A stretch of 64,000 nucleotides of DNA. Origin: Psilocybe cubensis (taxonomy: Eukaryota). The stretch is taken from assembly GCA_017499595.2 (NCBI GenBank), contig CM039008.1, forward strand, positions 2,170,001 to 2,234,000. Reading direction: 5' to 3'. Positions within the stretch are counted from its first letter, which is position 1; every line of letters starts with the position of its first letter. The notes beneath the pieces were generated by a model, which was not told the origin of the DNA, made no database searches, and was given only the letters and a program-made list of their open reading frames with translations. This document shows, piece by piece, positions 50,466 through 62,228 of the stretch. The translations under genes and the position numbers were made by a program.

Positions 50466-51759
50466 GGGTAAAACAGTGCGGAGAAAAGTGCATTGTCTAT
50501 ACTATGTCAATAAATATATTAACCGTAAGCCGATAGACGCCCGACGTAGGGGAAGAACAAATTGGTATGCATGAGAAACAATCATGAATCAGAAAATCAA
50601 ATTCAAATAGTACAGAACACCCAGAACCCAAGAACGCGTAATTATTTCTATTTGAACTCTGATTGATGAAGCTACCGATATCAAGGAACGTGTGTGCCTG
50701 CACAGTTCTATTTCCAACCTTTCAGACCCATAGTTCAAAGAGTGCATTTGTTCCATCTCTAAGTATTAGTACAATATATAAGCACGTTGGCTAGACAGTT
50801 CCACATGGTTTTAAAAATTAAACAACAACGCAAAAAAGTGAATTGAGTAGGACTATTGTTGTTGGGTATAATTAATTTTATAGAAACGCACATTCACATT
50901 GCGATCAAAACAAATCAAAAACAACCTTTAAAGTAACCAATGGTAAAAAGAAGTCGTAGAATGAATTGGAAAGGGGTTGCTTAGGGGGTCCGGTGACCGC
51001 TTAAGGAAAATACCGATAGCGGTAACGACATTGATCGCATCAATAATATTTTGATGGGGACAATTGGCGAGGACATTTTTGCTCGCTGGGTTGTGGGGAT
51101 AAAAGAACTCATCTTTACTTACGTAAAGACTCGTAACATACGTGTGCTGAAATCAAATAGTGTTATTAGGTTTTTGTCTCTTTTTACTCAAGAAACACTA
51201 CGACTTTGGTGAAAGAGATGATAAGCTGTGGCCATTTGCTATTATAGATATCTAATAGAGCAATGGAGTCAATGCAACGTTACTTGCCTTTCATACAGCT
51301 TCAGACAACTTCTCGTCGATTTTCAGGCAAATTGGCATGCCAACACCGAGGGCATTTGCCGGGTATTGCCCAGCGTCTCTGACCACACGCCGTTTCCCGC
51401 TGCCAGCAAGTGGTACTGTACAAATACCTTTTAATATGAAGACGAAGCTATCGGCAGTTTGTAATCTGAAATCTTAGTCAATTTATTCATCCTTCGTCTC
51501 GGAACTCAATGGTAGAACTCTGGGACAAAAGCTATTATTTTGTTGAAAGTCAGATAAGATAAATTCACACTTTGAGAGATATCTATAGAGATATACATTA
51601 CAATTTACATAACGTAACAGAGATGGTCGTATGTTAATTTCACATCAGGCTTTCCTGATGCAGTGATCGTAAGTATAAAGGGGGAATCTGGTAGCATGGA
51701 CATTTGATATACTATTAAATCTCAATCTCGTTCCTTCCCACTATTTTGAACCTCAGAAA

Positions 51760-53881
51760 ATGTCATTGAATGGCAGGAAAATGCACCATTTCATCTTTTC
51801 TCCCTTGCCGTTGTGGGGTAATGTGCTTCATCCATCTTCAAACATTGTCTTATTGAGATATACAATACTAGGACATCTTAGAGCCCCGTCGATTTTGGCT
51901 GCACGCCTCGTTAAGGAACACGATAATCTTATCGTCTCCATCATAACCTCCCCAAGCTATTTCAAAAATGCAGAAGCCGAAATATTGTCAGAGTTTGGTG
52001 AAGTCCCGGATACAACTCGTCGACGCGTTAGGTCAGATTCCTAGACCAGGGTTAAATCACAATCACACATACTCACCATAACAGGCTATTTTCCATCTAC
52101 AAGTCAGACACGGACAACGTTTTTACGCACATAAGGTTACTTTTCCAAACATATTCTGTTGCCTATCAAACTCTTTTGGATGCAAAACCCATCACATGCG
52201 CTGCAACGGGTATGATTTTTGAGGCGGCACCTCGCCCCAGCGCCCTATTTCTCGACGTGAGTCTGGATATTCATTTTCATACATGCATTCACTCCTGCGT
52301 TTGAATATAGGTATACGCATCTCCTTTGATGCAAATCACGCGTGCACTTTCAGGGACTACGGTCCCCGTCATAGCGTTGTGTGCTATACATGTATCCTTC
52401 ATTCTTCACCTTTATGGTCCCCAGAGCATGGGTGGCGAGGGAGATCTGGCATCCAGGATCGAGGCAGAAGCAGCTAGACGTGGCCAGCCTGTCTCCTCTG
52501 AACTTGGTGATGAAGTAATCCCACTTTCCAGTAGCAAGAGCAACCCATATTGATGGCTGTCGATTTCAGGTTTTTTACCATACGGAGGGAAAAGTAACCA
52601 AGGTTCCAGGACTACCCCCAATGTACGATTGGGAATACTTCCCACAGAAGGTAACTGTCGCCAGATTCATCGAAAAAATTTATCAGACTGACGCATAGCC
52701 AGCTCTCTCCCACACCGAATGTGTCTGATTTTCTGAAGTTAGCCTACCAGTGAGTGTCATACCCAGAATCAAATCTGATCGTACCTGACGTTTACCGAAG
52801 AGGACTTGCTTCCTGCGATGCGGCCTTTTCCTTCTCTGCTTACGATTTGGAGAAGGATTCTATTGACGCAATGAGATCGTGGTTCTCGGAAGAATGGAAC
52901 AAGAAACTATACACTGTTGGCCCGTTGTTTGCATCGAATCCGACCACTTATGGGATGGTATCGGATAGTAACAATAGTTCGTCGGATATCGAAGCATTTC
53001 TGGATAAATCATTGAAGGAGAGAGGAAAGAACTCATTGGTGTTGGTACGTTGATTTATTCGTAGCTTGATAATTTAGCACCGAGCACTAAAAAATTTCGG
53101 CGCTTAGATCTCATTTGGATCCCTTTTCTGGCCTATCGTGCAAGAGTATATTGAGGAGGTGATTGACGCTTTGATTGAGAAAGGATTCACTTTCGTGAGA
53201 CGATTTCGATTTCTTTGTTTCTTCGCATTAAGTCCTTGCAATAGATCGTGTCATACGCACCACAATTCGCAAAAATTTCGCAAGACCTGATCGATAAGGT
53301 CCAGGCAGCTGAGACTGGGTTGATTTGTAAATGGATACCTCAAAAATTTATTCTAAACCATCCTGTAAGTCTCCCTTTTAAACATACCACTATTTCTCCG
53401 TATAATTATGGACTCTCCCGTTAGGCTACTGGTTGGTTTGTCACTCATGCAGGTCAGAGTGGTGTTATGGAAGCCCTTGACAGCGGAACCCCAATGTATG
53501 CTTCCATTGTATAGCCTTAAACCATCGCTCAAGAGGTTTTCGATGCCTAGGATTTGCTGGCCATTCGAGTTCGACCAGCCATGTGCATCGGCACACCTTT
53601 CGGAAAACCTGAATGTCGCTTTCGACCTCATTCAAATCCGGACAGGAGAAAAAGGCATGAAACCCCTGTACAGAAACGGTCTAAAGGCTGAGGGCACCCG
53701 TGAAGCTGTTGGTATCGAAATCCGAAAGATTCTGGATGAATGTCGAGGTCCCAGAGGGGAAGAACTACGAAGAAATGCCCAAGCGATAAAAACCAGATTC
53801 GCCGATTGTTGGAAGGTCGATGGAGTCAGCCGAAAGGATTTCAACTCATTCCTGGAGAAATATAAGATTGACTTATCGTAG
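51760..53881 (+). CDS. UDP-glycosyltransferase family 1 (UGT copy 3)
   Basis: PLWGHLRAP, ISFGS and WIPQKFILNHPATGWFVTHAGQSGVMEALDSGTPMICWPFEFDQ. Looks closest to copy 1. Confidence 0.92.
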
Positions 53882-54486
53882 ATCTTATTGAGTACCCAGA
53901 AAATCACTTTTGGCCTCGGCGGAAACTCAAAAACAACTAATAAGCAGTCCATGAATCGGATGGTACTAAACCTGAATGCGAGCTTCGATGCTTGTGGGTT
54001 TGAAGGCCCTGTGACTCATCATAGATAATGTTTATTGTAGGACTTGTCTGGATATAGATACCTTCATAATACACCCCAATTATCAATGAGAACCTACACG
54101 GGCACCGGGTGCGAATGTTTCGTCATATGGACAGGTTGAGAGCAGAGAAACGAAGGAGCCGGAGCAAATAATTTACTTTGTACTCAATATCTTTATTCCA
54201 CTTCAGTTTTCAATATTATGTAGCAATCTCGTCTTTATAAAGAGATTTTGATTCATTTTTAGGCACACCGCTGCTACATTTGTTTTTTTTCCAGGGCCAA
54301 TCTGTCACCTCGACATTTGGTCCGACTCATATTCGTATGATTAAGCAATATCCTCTGGTGCCCGACCCAGGCGTTTTTGAATAGTAAGTGTGAGATTCTG
54401 TGACTTCATTTAGGATGACTCTGGCGTGCTCGAAAGTAGAATTCAGATCATATTTGTAACGATACCTTTAAAAGAGCAAGCCAAAG

Positions 54487-55493
54487 ATGGCTTTCAGGCT
54501 ATTCAGCAGACTTGCTACAACCACGTTACGCACGAACATGCCTGGACTCACATCTCCTGCCACTGTTACCACAACACTCACGTACTTCACTCCCCCTACT
54601 GACGGAGAGAGAGCATACCAGAAGATTCTCGGCCCCGTGAACGGAGAGCGGGAACTGTTGAAAAACTGGGATTCAGAGGAGAGGCATAACATCACCATTG
54701 AGAATGTGAGGGGGAAAGAGGACACAGTCTCGTTGGATAAAACGGGCTTCCAGTTCTTTCAACATACTTCAAAGCATACGGCGTTCACGAATGACGAAGA
54801 TATCAAGGCCGAATACTACCCCGAGAGCATTGAGCTCATCAAAAAACTAACAGGAGCCAGCCGCGTCGTGCTCTTTGACCACAGTATGTCCCACTTTCAT
54901 TATCTCGGATGTCCGCAAGTTCATTGCATATTATCGTTAGCCATCCGACGTCACAGACCTGGTACAAAATCGCTGAACCAACCAGTGTCGCAAGTGCATG
55001 TCGATCAGACCAACAAAGCAGCCATTAATCAGGTGCACCGAAACCTCCCCGCCGAGGAAGTGCCCGAGCTTCTGAAGAAGCGTTTCCAGATTATTAATCT
55101 CTGGCGACCGATAGGGACCCCAGCCCTGGAATGGCCTCTAGCTATGTGCGATTATCGAAGTGTCGCTCCAGGTGACGCTGTGCCCGTCGCCCTGATATAT
55201 CCTGAGCGTGAAGGAGAGACGTTTATGGTCAAATATAATCCAGACCATAAATGGAAGTACCTTCGCGGCATGACTCCTGAGGAAATTGTACTCATCAAAT
55301 GGTACGCACAGCCGGCATCAAAAACATATAAATTCTTGACTGACATGATATCTTTGTTGTTAGTTTTGATTCACTACAGGATGGAAGTGTTGCTGTCTTT
55401 ACGCCTCACACAGGGTTTAAAGACCCTTCTACACCTGAAGGAACACCACACAGAGAGTCGATAGAACTTCGGTCGATCGTTTTCTATGATTGA
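54487..55493 (+). CDS. AsaB/CmcJ/NvfI-like non-heme iron oxygenase (hydroxylase/desaturase)
   Basis: LDKTGFQ, YYPE, VLFDH, HVDQT (HxD), RFQIINLWRP, PLAMCDYRS, TPHTGF and RESIELR. Two introns. Start is 54487 or 54538. Confidence 0.85.
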
Positions 55494-56463
55494 GCCCCAA
55501 TAAGTTGTCCATGGCTGTTTGGTAGTATATCATTCCCTTTGTAGTTGTCTCGTAATATTTCCTGAAATCAGCAGTTGTAATTGTATTTGTTGCAGACGAT
55601 TTTAACAAGAGTGTCTAAGTTCCTCCGAACGAACAGGAGTGACACTTCTCGGCAATATTTCGGTATAAATGGCATCAATTTCTGCCGAGCCTTGCCGAAG
55701 GTCCGGCTCACAGTATGCATATGAGCGGAGCATCACGATAATGCTGCCATAGAAGCCGGCCATATGTAGCCGCAGACCTCGGCCTTGCTATTAGTGTAAA
55801 GTATAGGTCAAAGTGAATTGTCAATTAGTTATCAACTATACCCCGTGAAATAATAGATAGCTTATCATAATATTGTCATAGTAGGGTTCTTTTTTTGCAG
55901 CGTTTCTCCCTGGTTTTTCCCGATGCTTGCGGTGGACGGTGAACACAAAATTGCCGAAATAAGCCGATTATTGAGGACATCGTGTGTTTTGGCGGTCTGT
56001 TATATAGGCCGACATCCAACGGATGGCTCTTAAATTAATCAAAATAGTCAGTAAACATGGGTAAAGATTTCACAACACATCACCTTCAGATGCTACTATA
56101 TCAATTACCTTTAAATTGTATATAAAATTAAGCACACCATGCATATGTTGACTTTCGATGCAACGCACACTGGTCAAAGGAGGGGTTTCCTTCCATTAAA
56201 TTCTTCATCCAATCTTCATCTCTTGAAAGATCGTGATAATAATCAAGTTTCCGTTCTTTGTCAAACTCAGTAACACTGCTGAACTTCCTCGTGGCTTGAT
56301 ATTATTGTAAGCGCTGGAAGCGAGCGGGTGTTTGGGGGTACACACACACTTCATACGCATGCTTTCTGACTCATCTGATCACTGGTGTGTGTATATAAGT
56401 GGGACATCAAGTGTGTGGATCCCGTTGAGTACCCTCAAACTTCTTTTTCACTTAATCTCAGCG

Positions 56464-57236
56464 ATGCGACCCACTGTGGCGTGTTTCCCTGTAGTACTTT
56501 TTTATACATCCTTTTTACTCACAGGTATGTATATTACATTGATTTTTCAGATAATATCCATGTTTTTACTGTTAATAGGAGTTTACAAGGCCTTTAGCGC
56601 AGAAAATGTAACGACACTTTTCGCTGTCCAACCCAATGGCACGCCTGCACCTACATTACCATCTGGGTACTCGGTAGAAGATGATGGAACGACCGTGTTT
56701 ACTCCAGAAGCTTCTGGCGTCTATGTCGCAGAAGTATTGCATAGCCGAATAGTCGTTCACGGACCTTCCACTGCGCTAACTCTGTTGAGCACACTGGAGA
56801 AAACACACTGTATGATTGTTCTCATATTCCTCTTTCATTTGTCAGACTCTGGTTGCTTACATGCTCATCTGGTGTTCCTGAAGTTACTTTCTCGGAGGAT
56901 GCTTCGAGCCTTCGTATCGATACGCGCCCACAAATAGGCGCGCATGCCGATATAGGATCATTGGAATGTGTACTGGACAAGAATTCTTCGACCGGAAGAT
57001 GTTCAGGCATAGTCGAGGGGACCTCATACACCTTGGAATCAAATGGGATGATAACCGTAGGCTCGACGTATACACAATTTACCACTTTCTCCGGAAATTT
57101 GGTACCGATCGCCACTGTCGTTGTGTCATCCGCTGGTGAATCTGTAGGGAAAGTGGCTCCGTGTTGCCTCTCAGCTTTGGTCAAGAGTATCGGAGTGCTG
57201 TATGCCTTTACCTTGATGATGAGTTTGGTACATTAA
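56464..57236 (+). CDS. Small secreted Ser/Thr-rich protein with hydrophobic C-terminus
   Basis: Hydrophobic N-terminus from ATG 56464, three exons, a Cys pair (ECVLDKNSSTGRC) and a hydrophobic tail. Confidence 0.6.
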
Positions 57237-57575
57237 AACGATCAAAATGTGATATCCTGGGAAATTACCCATATCCTGCACACAAAGATTGATAAGTGTG
57301 AGAGTAAATCGGGATGCTCGAAATCTAGCATCCACTTCATACATATACTAAGTAACGAGTTTACAATTTTAGGAGATTTAACAAATAACCTTGTCTATGG
57401 ATGCGAAAGAATTGTACAAAAACTGCACATAACAAGTCAAGATCCCTGCAATACCCCTGAGTCAAACTCCCACCAATCGTGACTCGGCGCGGGAAACCGA
57501 TGACCACGCGTCAATCGCTTATTAACGCGCCTTTTCACCCACCACCATCCCATTATCAATCGAATCCATACACCA

Positions 57576-59480
57576 ATGTCGACAGTTGAAGCGACGACAA
57601 CAGCATTGGTTACAGAGTGTGCATCCACTTTCTTCCCGTATGAAAATTCTGGCTGACATGAACTGTAACAGATCAGCACCGGATAATAAAACAAGGCGGT
57701 ATGATCGTCAGCTTCGGTACGTCGAGAATTCTGTGAGAGATGCTGATCAGCCTCTAATCGCGTTGATCACAGTCTATGGGCGGCATCGGGACAATCTGCA
57801 CTCGAAAATGCCCGCATCCTCGTCGTTTCAGGGGGCGCGACTGCGACATCCATTCTGAAGAACCTCGTTTTACCAGGCGTCGGGCACTTTACCATTCTCG
57901 ATCCACTACCAGTCACTCCTGAAGATGCAGGAAATAACTTTTTCCTTGATGGACTGAACAGCGTCGGGAAGAGCCGTGCGGAAGAGGGAGTCAGATTGTT
58001 GCTAGAGATGAATGACGGTGTGGATGGGAAGGCCGACACGCGGAGCCTGGAAGAGGTATTAGACACGCCGGGAGGAAAGGAGTGGCTGGGAGAGTTCACG
58101 CTTGTGATCGCTGTTAATCTGGAGAAAGGGCCACTGGAGAGACTGGCGGCAGTGTTGTGGGAGGAAGAAAGCTTCCCTCCGTTGGTTGTGGTGCGTCCTG
58201 CAGGATTCCTGGCAGAATTCTACATCCAGTACCACGAACATACAGGTGTGAATTATTCGTAATTTGCTTGCGACTAGGCTCATCTTTGTCAGTTATTGAA
58301 AGTCATCCGGAGACTGCACAATCACTTCAAATCGACAGACCATTCCCCGCACTGCTGGACTACGCGATGTCGCTCGATTTTGAAAACATGGACGTGACTG
58401 ATCACGGCCACGTCCCTTATGTCGTCATCCTTGTACGCGTTCTTGAGGAATGGAAAAAAACAGTAAGCTTACGCGTTCATTGTTTTTTCAGCTTTGCTCA
58501 CGGCAACTAGCACGACGGACTTCCGCCCCAAAATGCCGCTGAGAAAGTACAATTCAAAAAGAACATCCTTGCCATGCGTAAGAAGCCCGACGAAGAAAAC
58601 TTTGAAGAGGCTGAAGCGCAGGCGTATCGTGCATGGACAAAGACTGTGGTACCCTCAGAAACCCGGGCTTTGTTCGATGATGCAAAAGTTATCTCCCCGT
58701 CCTCAGTGGAAGCCCCATTCTACAAACTTGTGAGAGCGTTGAAGAAATTCGTAGAAGGGAGCGGCGCGCTGCCTTTGACCAGCACGCTCCCAGATATGAA
58801 GGCGAGTACCAGTGCGTATATAGACCTCCAGAAGCTCTACAAGACTCGAGCAGAAGAGGAGAAAGAGGTATTTAGAGGGTGCTTGAGCGAAGCGTGTGGT
58901 GGGGATATCAAAGCAATTGGAGAGGATATGATTGACGCTTTCGTGAAGAACTCACATGCTCTCAAACTTCTGAGAGGAAAGCGATGGGCAGCATTAGATG
59001 AGGACCACGAAGCTTTGGGTACGTACAAAGTGTTTTGTTATCGAATTATCGTTCTGATTAAGTATATTTGTAGTACTAGCTACTCAAACAAGCTCTAAAC
59101 AACTGGCTGTACACCTTGCGCTGAGCGCTTTATCCAACTTTTTAGCTAAATCAAAAACGTCTGGCCAAACGTTATCAGCCGAGGCACTCACCGCCGAAGC
59201 TCAGAAGTTGCTACCCGATGGAACCGAGTTGCCCGAAGAGTTTGAGGATTGCGTCGGTGAAGTGTATGTACTTCTTTTCCCGACTTATATTTCTTGCATC
59301 TTACCAATGTACTCAACAACACACAGTGTTCGCTCACCCACTGCCGAGCTTCCCAACACCGCTGCACTTCTAGGCGGGCTTGTTGCACAGGAGGCGATCA
59401 AGATGATCACACGACAGTATGTCCCCATCAATGGATACTGTATTGTAGATCTTGTGGAAACTTGGACCGGCATTCTTTGA
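57576..59480 (+). CDS. ULA1: NEDD8-activating enzyme E1 regulatory subunit (Ula1/APP-BP1/NAE1)
   Basis: RYDRQLRLWAASGQ, LKNLVLPGVG, GNNFF, DHGHVPYVVIL, EENFEEA, LPDMKAST..YIDLQKLYK and GGLVAQEAIKMITRQYVP. Confidence 0.93.
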
Positions 59481-60256
59481 ACGAACGAAGTATGATACGA
59501 ATGATGAAAATGAAATGGGATTGTCGATGTTTGATTTGTATGATAGGTAGATTAAGTACTACAATATTTTGTTGCAGGAGCATGACCGACCGAAGGTTTT
59601 ATGCTTCTTGTGCTCGTTTGATTCTTTTCCACACCGTATGTCAGGGATTAAGGACATGGTATGGAAGGAATGCGCCGATGGACATGTTATTATAACGGCA
59701 TGCTTTCTACTGTCGTTCTTTTGTCGTTGTCGCTTATGTTCCATTTTTGGACATCGTATATGATGTCACCGTCCGGTATTCAGCACTCGGCATCCACGGC
59801 AATCAAAATTTCGGCATTTAGCGTATGAACTTCGTAAATTGGCGATGAGATACTTATGAGTAATCGACTTAAAACTCATAGTTGTGGCAAACCATGACGA
59901 AGAGAATAGTAGTTCACTTTCTTTTTAAGTGGTAGACCTTATCTCTCGCAGATTTGAGGCTATTCTTTGTGTAGATGTATGTAGTCAACTCTTTAAGATG
60001 ATTATTTGCGAACACATCAAGTGGAAGTGTAAAGAAGGAAAGAAGGTCGACTACATATCTGGGTATGCACAGCAGAATTACCCATAGTGTAAATGTCACA
60101 GACAGTTATTCGAAACATCAAGCAATTCAAATATGGTTTTTCTTTGAAAATTGGAAAACGTAATTGTCCAAAGAACGGTAGTGCAAAAAGATGAAAAATA
60201 AAGTGGGCTTAGTAGTAAAAATACCTTCCGACGTATACGTAACTCGAACCAGAAAT

Positions 60257-60819
60257 CTATAAGGCCGAATAAGCAATACTGGTGGGAACTTGACTGAATG
60301 ATGCAGCGCTGCCGCTAGGAAAGGCACTGAACGACGCAGCGCTACCGCTGGGGAAGACACTGATTGAAGCAGCGCTGCCGCTGGGTAACGCACTGACTGA
60401 TGCAGCGCTGCCGCTAGGGAACGCACTAAACGATGCTGCACTACCACTGGGGAACGCACTGAACGATGCTGCACTACCACTGGGGAACGCACTGATTGAT
60501 GCAGCGCTGCCGCTGGGGAACGCACTGAACGATGACGGGGATCCAGTGGGGAAGTGGCTCGCTGCCGATGAGACGCTGGCGGAAGAGAAAAACAAGAATG
60601 ATGAGGATGCGTAGGAACCCCCAATGGAGGCGCTCCCAGCATTGCTAACGGAGCTCTCGTTAGGCTCATCCAGGCTTGATCTGTTCAAGTAGCCTGTTGA
60701 GCATACATTTTACTTGTTGGTCAAGCAACAAAAACTTACAATGCCCTTGGTATGGTAGCTCCTTGGGACGTCACCGCCATGAGGGTGACTATGATAACAT
60801 ACTGGACGGATACTTTCAT
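60257..60819 (-). CDS. Small secreted Ser/Ala-rich protein with 11-aa tandem repeats
   Basis: Signal peptide MKVSVQYVIIVTLMAVTSQGA, one intron (the second CAG acceptor keeps the frame), then about 7 copies of FPSGSAAS(F/I/V)SA. Confidence 0.7.
60298..60545. repeat. 33-bp coding tandem repeat, about 7 units
   Basis: Recurrent GATGCAGCGCTGCCGCTGGGGAACGCACTGAAC-like unit. Confidence 0.85.
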
Positions 60820-62228
60820 CGTTCTGAATCTAAGAAGAGCTGCAGGTGGGGTATTGGTTTGCAAGAATATCAGAAACTGTAGAATGTTTAACTGTATGTA
60901 CATCCTTTTATACATCTGTAGGCAAACTATCGACGGCTTGAATTGCCCTGCACTAGCACAAAGTATTGTGATATCATCGCAAATACGCAATGCAGCAGCC
61001 ATTGGAAATTTCGTTGCATATTTGTCCATTGACCATTAATTAGTGAAGCATCAGGATATTGTCTCTATCCGGTTCATAGACACGGTCTATCCAGTCCGCT
61101 GTAAATAAATATAGAATTCAAGGATCAATCTTTAGCCACAGGCAAGTTGGCGCCTTCAACTTTCAATGTGCAGATATTGAATCTTACCCACAATGCGCAG
61201 TCAAAAATGATTTTCTTCGGGGGTGGAGATTACCACAGGCTTCGGACTTGCGGAACAGGTGTATGATCGTCCAAATGTAATCCAATTTCTTTACATGAAT
61301 GCAACTCAAACAAAAAGTTTCGTCTGCCACAGAGGTAGATAGAAATTGTTGACTGAAATCATGCATGGGTTCTAGTTATACGCTGAGTTAATTCATTATA
61401 CCCCTTTCGGTGACCACGACGCCATCTCACATCTGAAACGTTTCTCCAGCGCTCAACCGGAGGCAATCCCCGTCGGTATCTAAGGGCAATAGTCAGTATC
61501 CGTAATAGGGAATACGTCTAACGTACACAAAACAAAATTAGATTGCCAAGGACCTCCTAGCCGCCATTATCGACGATCATTATGTAGTTGTCATACAATA
61601 GCGAGAATTATAGGAAACATATTGGTTGAAATCATATTATGCGCACAGTGGAATTGACATTGGTGAATTCACTTGCATAATTATACATCTCATTGTACCT
61701 TTTGTCCCAGCAGGTGAAATACGGTATAGATTGAATGTATTGAATACAGCAGGCCTGGATATTCTGATCAGCTCCTCGGCAAGAAATGATCGCCCGTCGT
61801 CGTTTGCTACACCATTAAAGGCGGTGTGCTGTAAGCTATATCGACCGTTACAAATGGGAACCTGTCTGGAGTCGTATGTATAATAGTGGGCTGGGGACTG
61901 CGCATTGCTGCGCATTAGCAAATTTAAACGCAAACCGAATCGTACAGTGCAGAGGAAATCAGGCTTTTTCCGGCTGAAAGACCGATAGCTCTTTGTTAAA
62001 TATAATTACCAGGCTAAGATAAACGTAAACACTCCAACTCCACAATGTACCTGTCACTGCATGTAGAACACATGTAGAAACGACTACAGGAAGTGGGAGA
62101 CCAAATCTGTGCTAACAGTGAGATTCAAACCGTTTTAAAAGTCATTTTCCATGTTTCTGAATCAAGTTAAATACTACTAATGACACTAATAGGTTTCAAG
62201 AAAAGTGTCCTTGATATACTTTCCGTGT

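Larger units (their letters stand above)
40075..51136 (-). mobile_element. Outer non-autonomous Helentron/Helitron2-like element with cargo genes
   Basis: Perfect 13-bp subterminal IR ACGAGTCTTTACG (40110-40122) / CGTAAAGACTCGT (51122-51134), asymmetrically placed. Stem-loop TCTTTAC-TTAC-GTAAAGA (51112-51129) at one end. GC-rich hairpin (40089-40106) followed by CAAGT (minus strand) at the other. Both ends are homologous to the nested element's ends. No Rep/helicase ORF is seen. Confidence 0.7.

Noticed and set aside
42532-51136. A single TIR transposon bounded by B and B'
   Set aside because: It would not explain the second inverted pair A/A', or the gene that rejoins in frame when 42532-50152 is removed. 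Nesting explains both.
40071-51139. ACA/AACA as a target-site duplication of the outer element
   Set aside because: The related inner element has no equivalent duplication, and a 3-4 nt match in A/C-rich flanks is easily chance. Not fully excluded.
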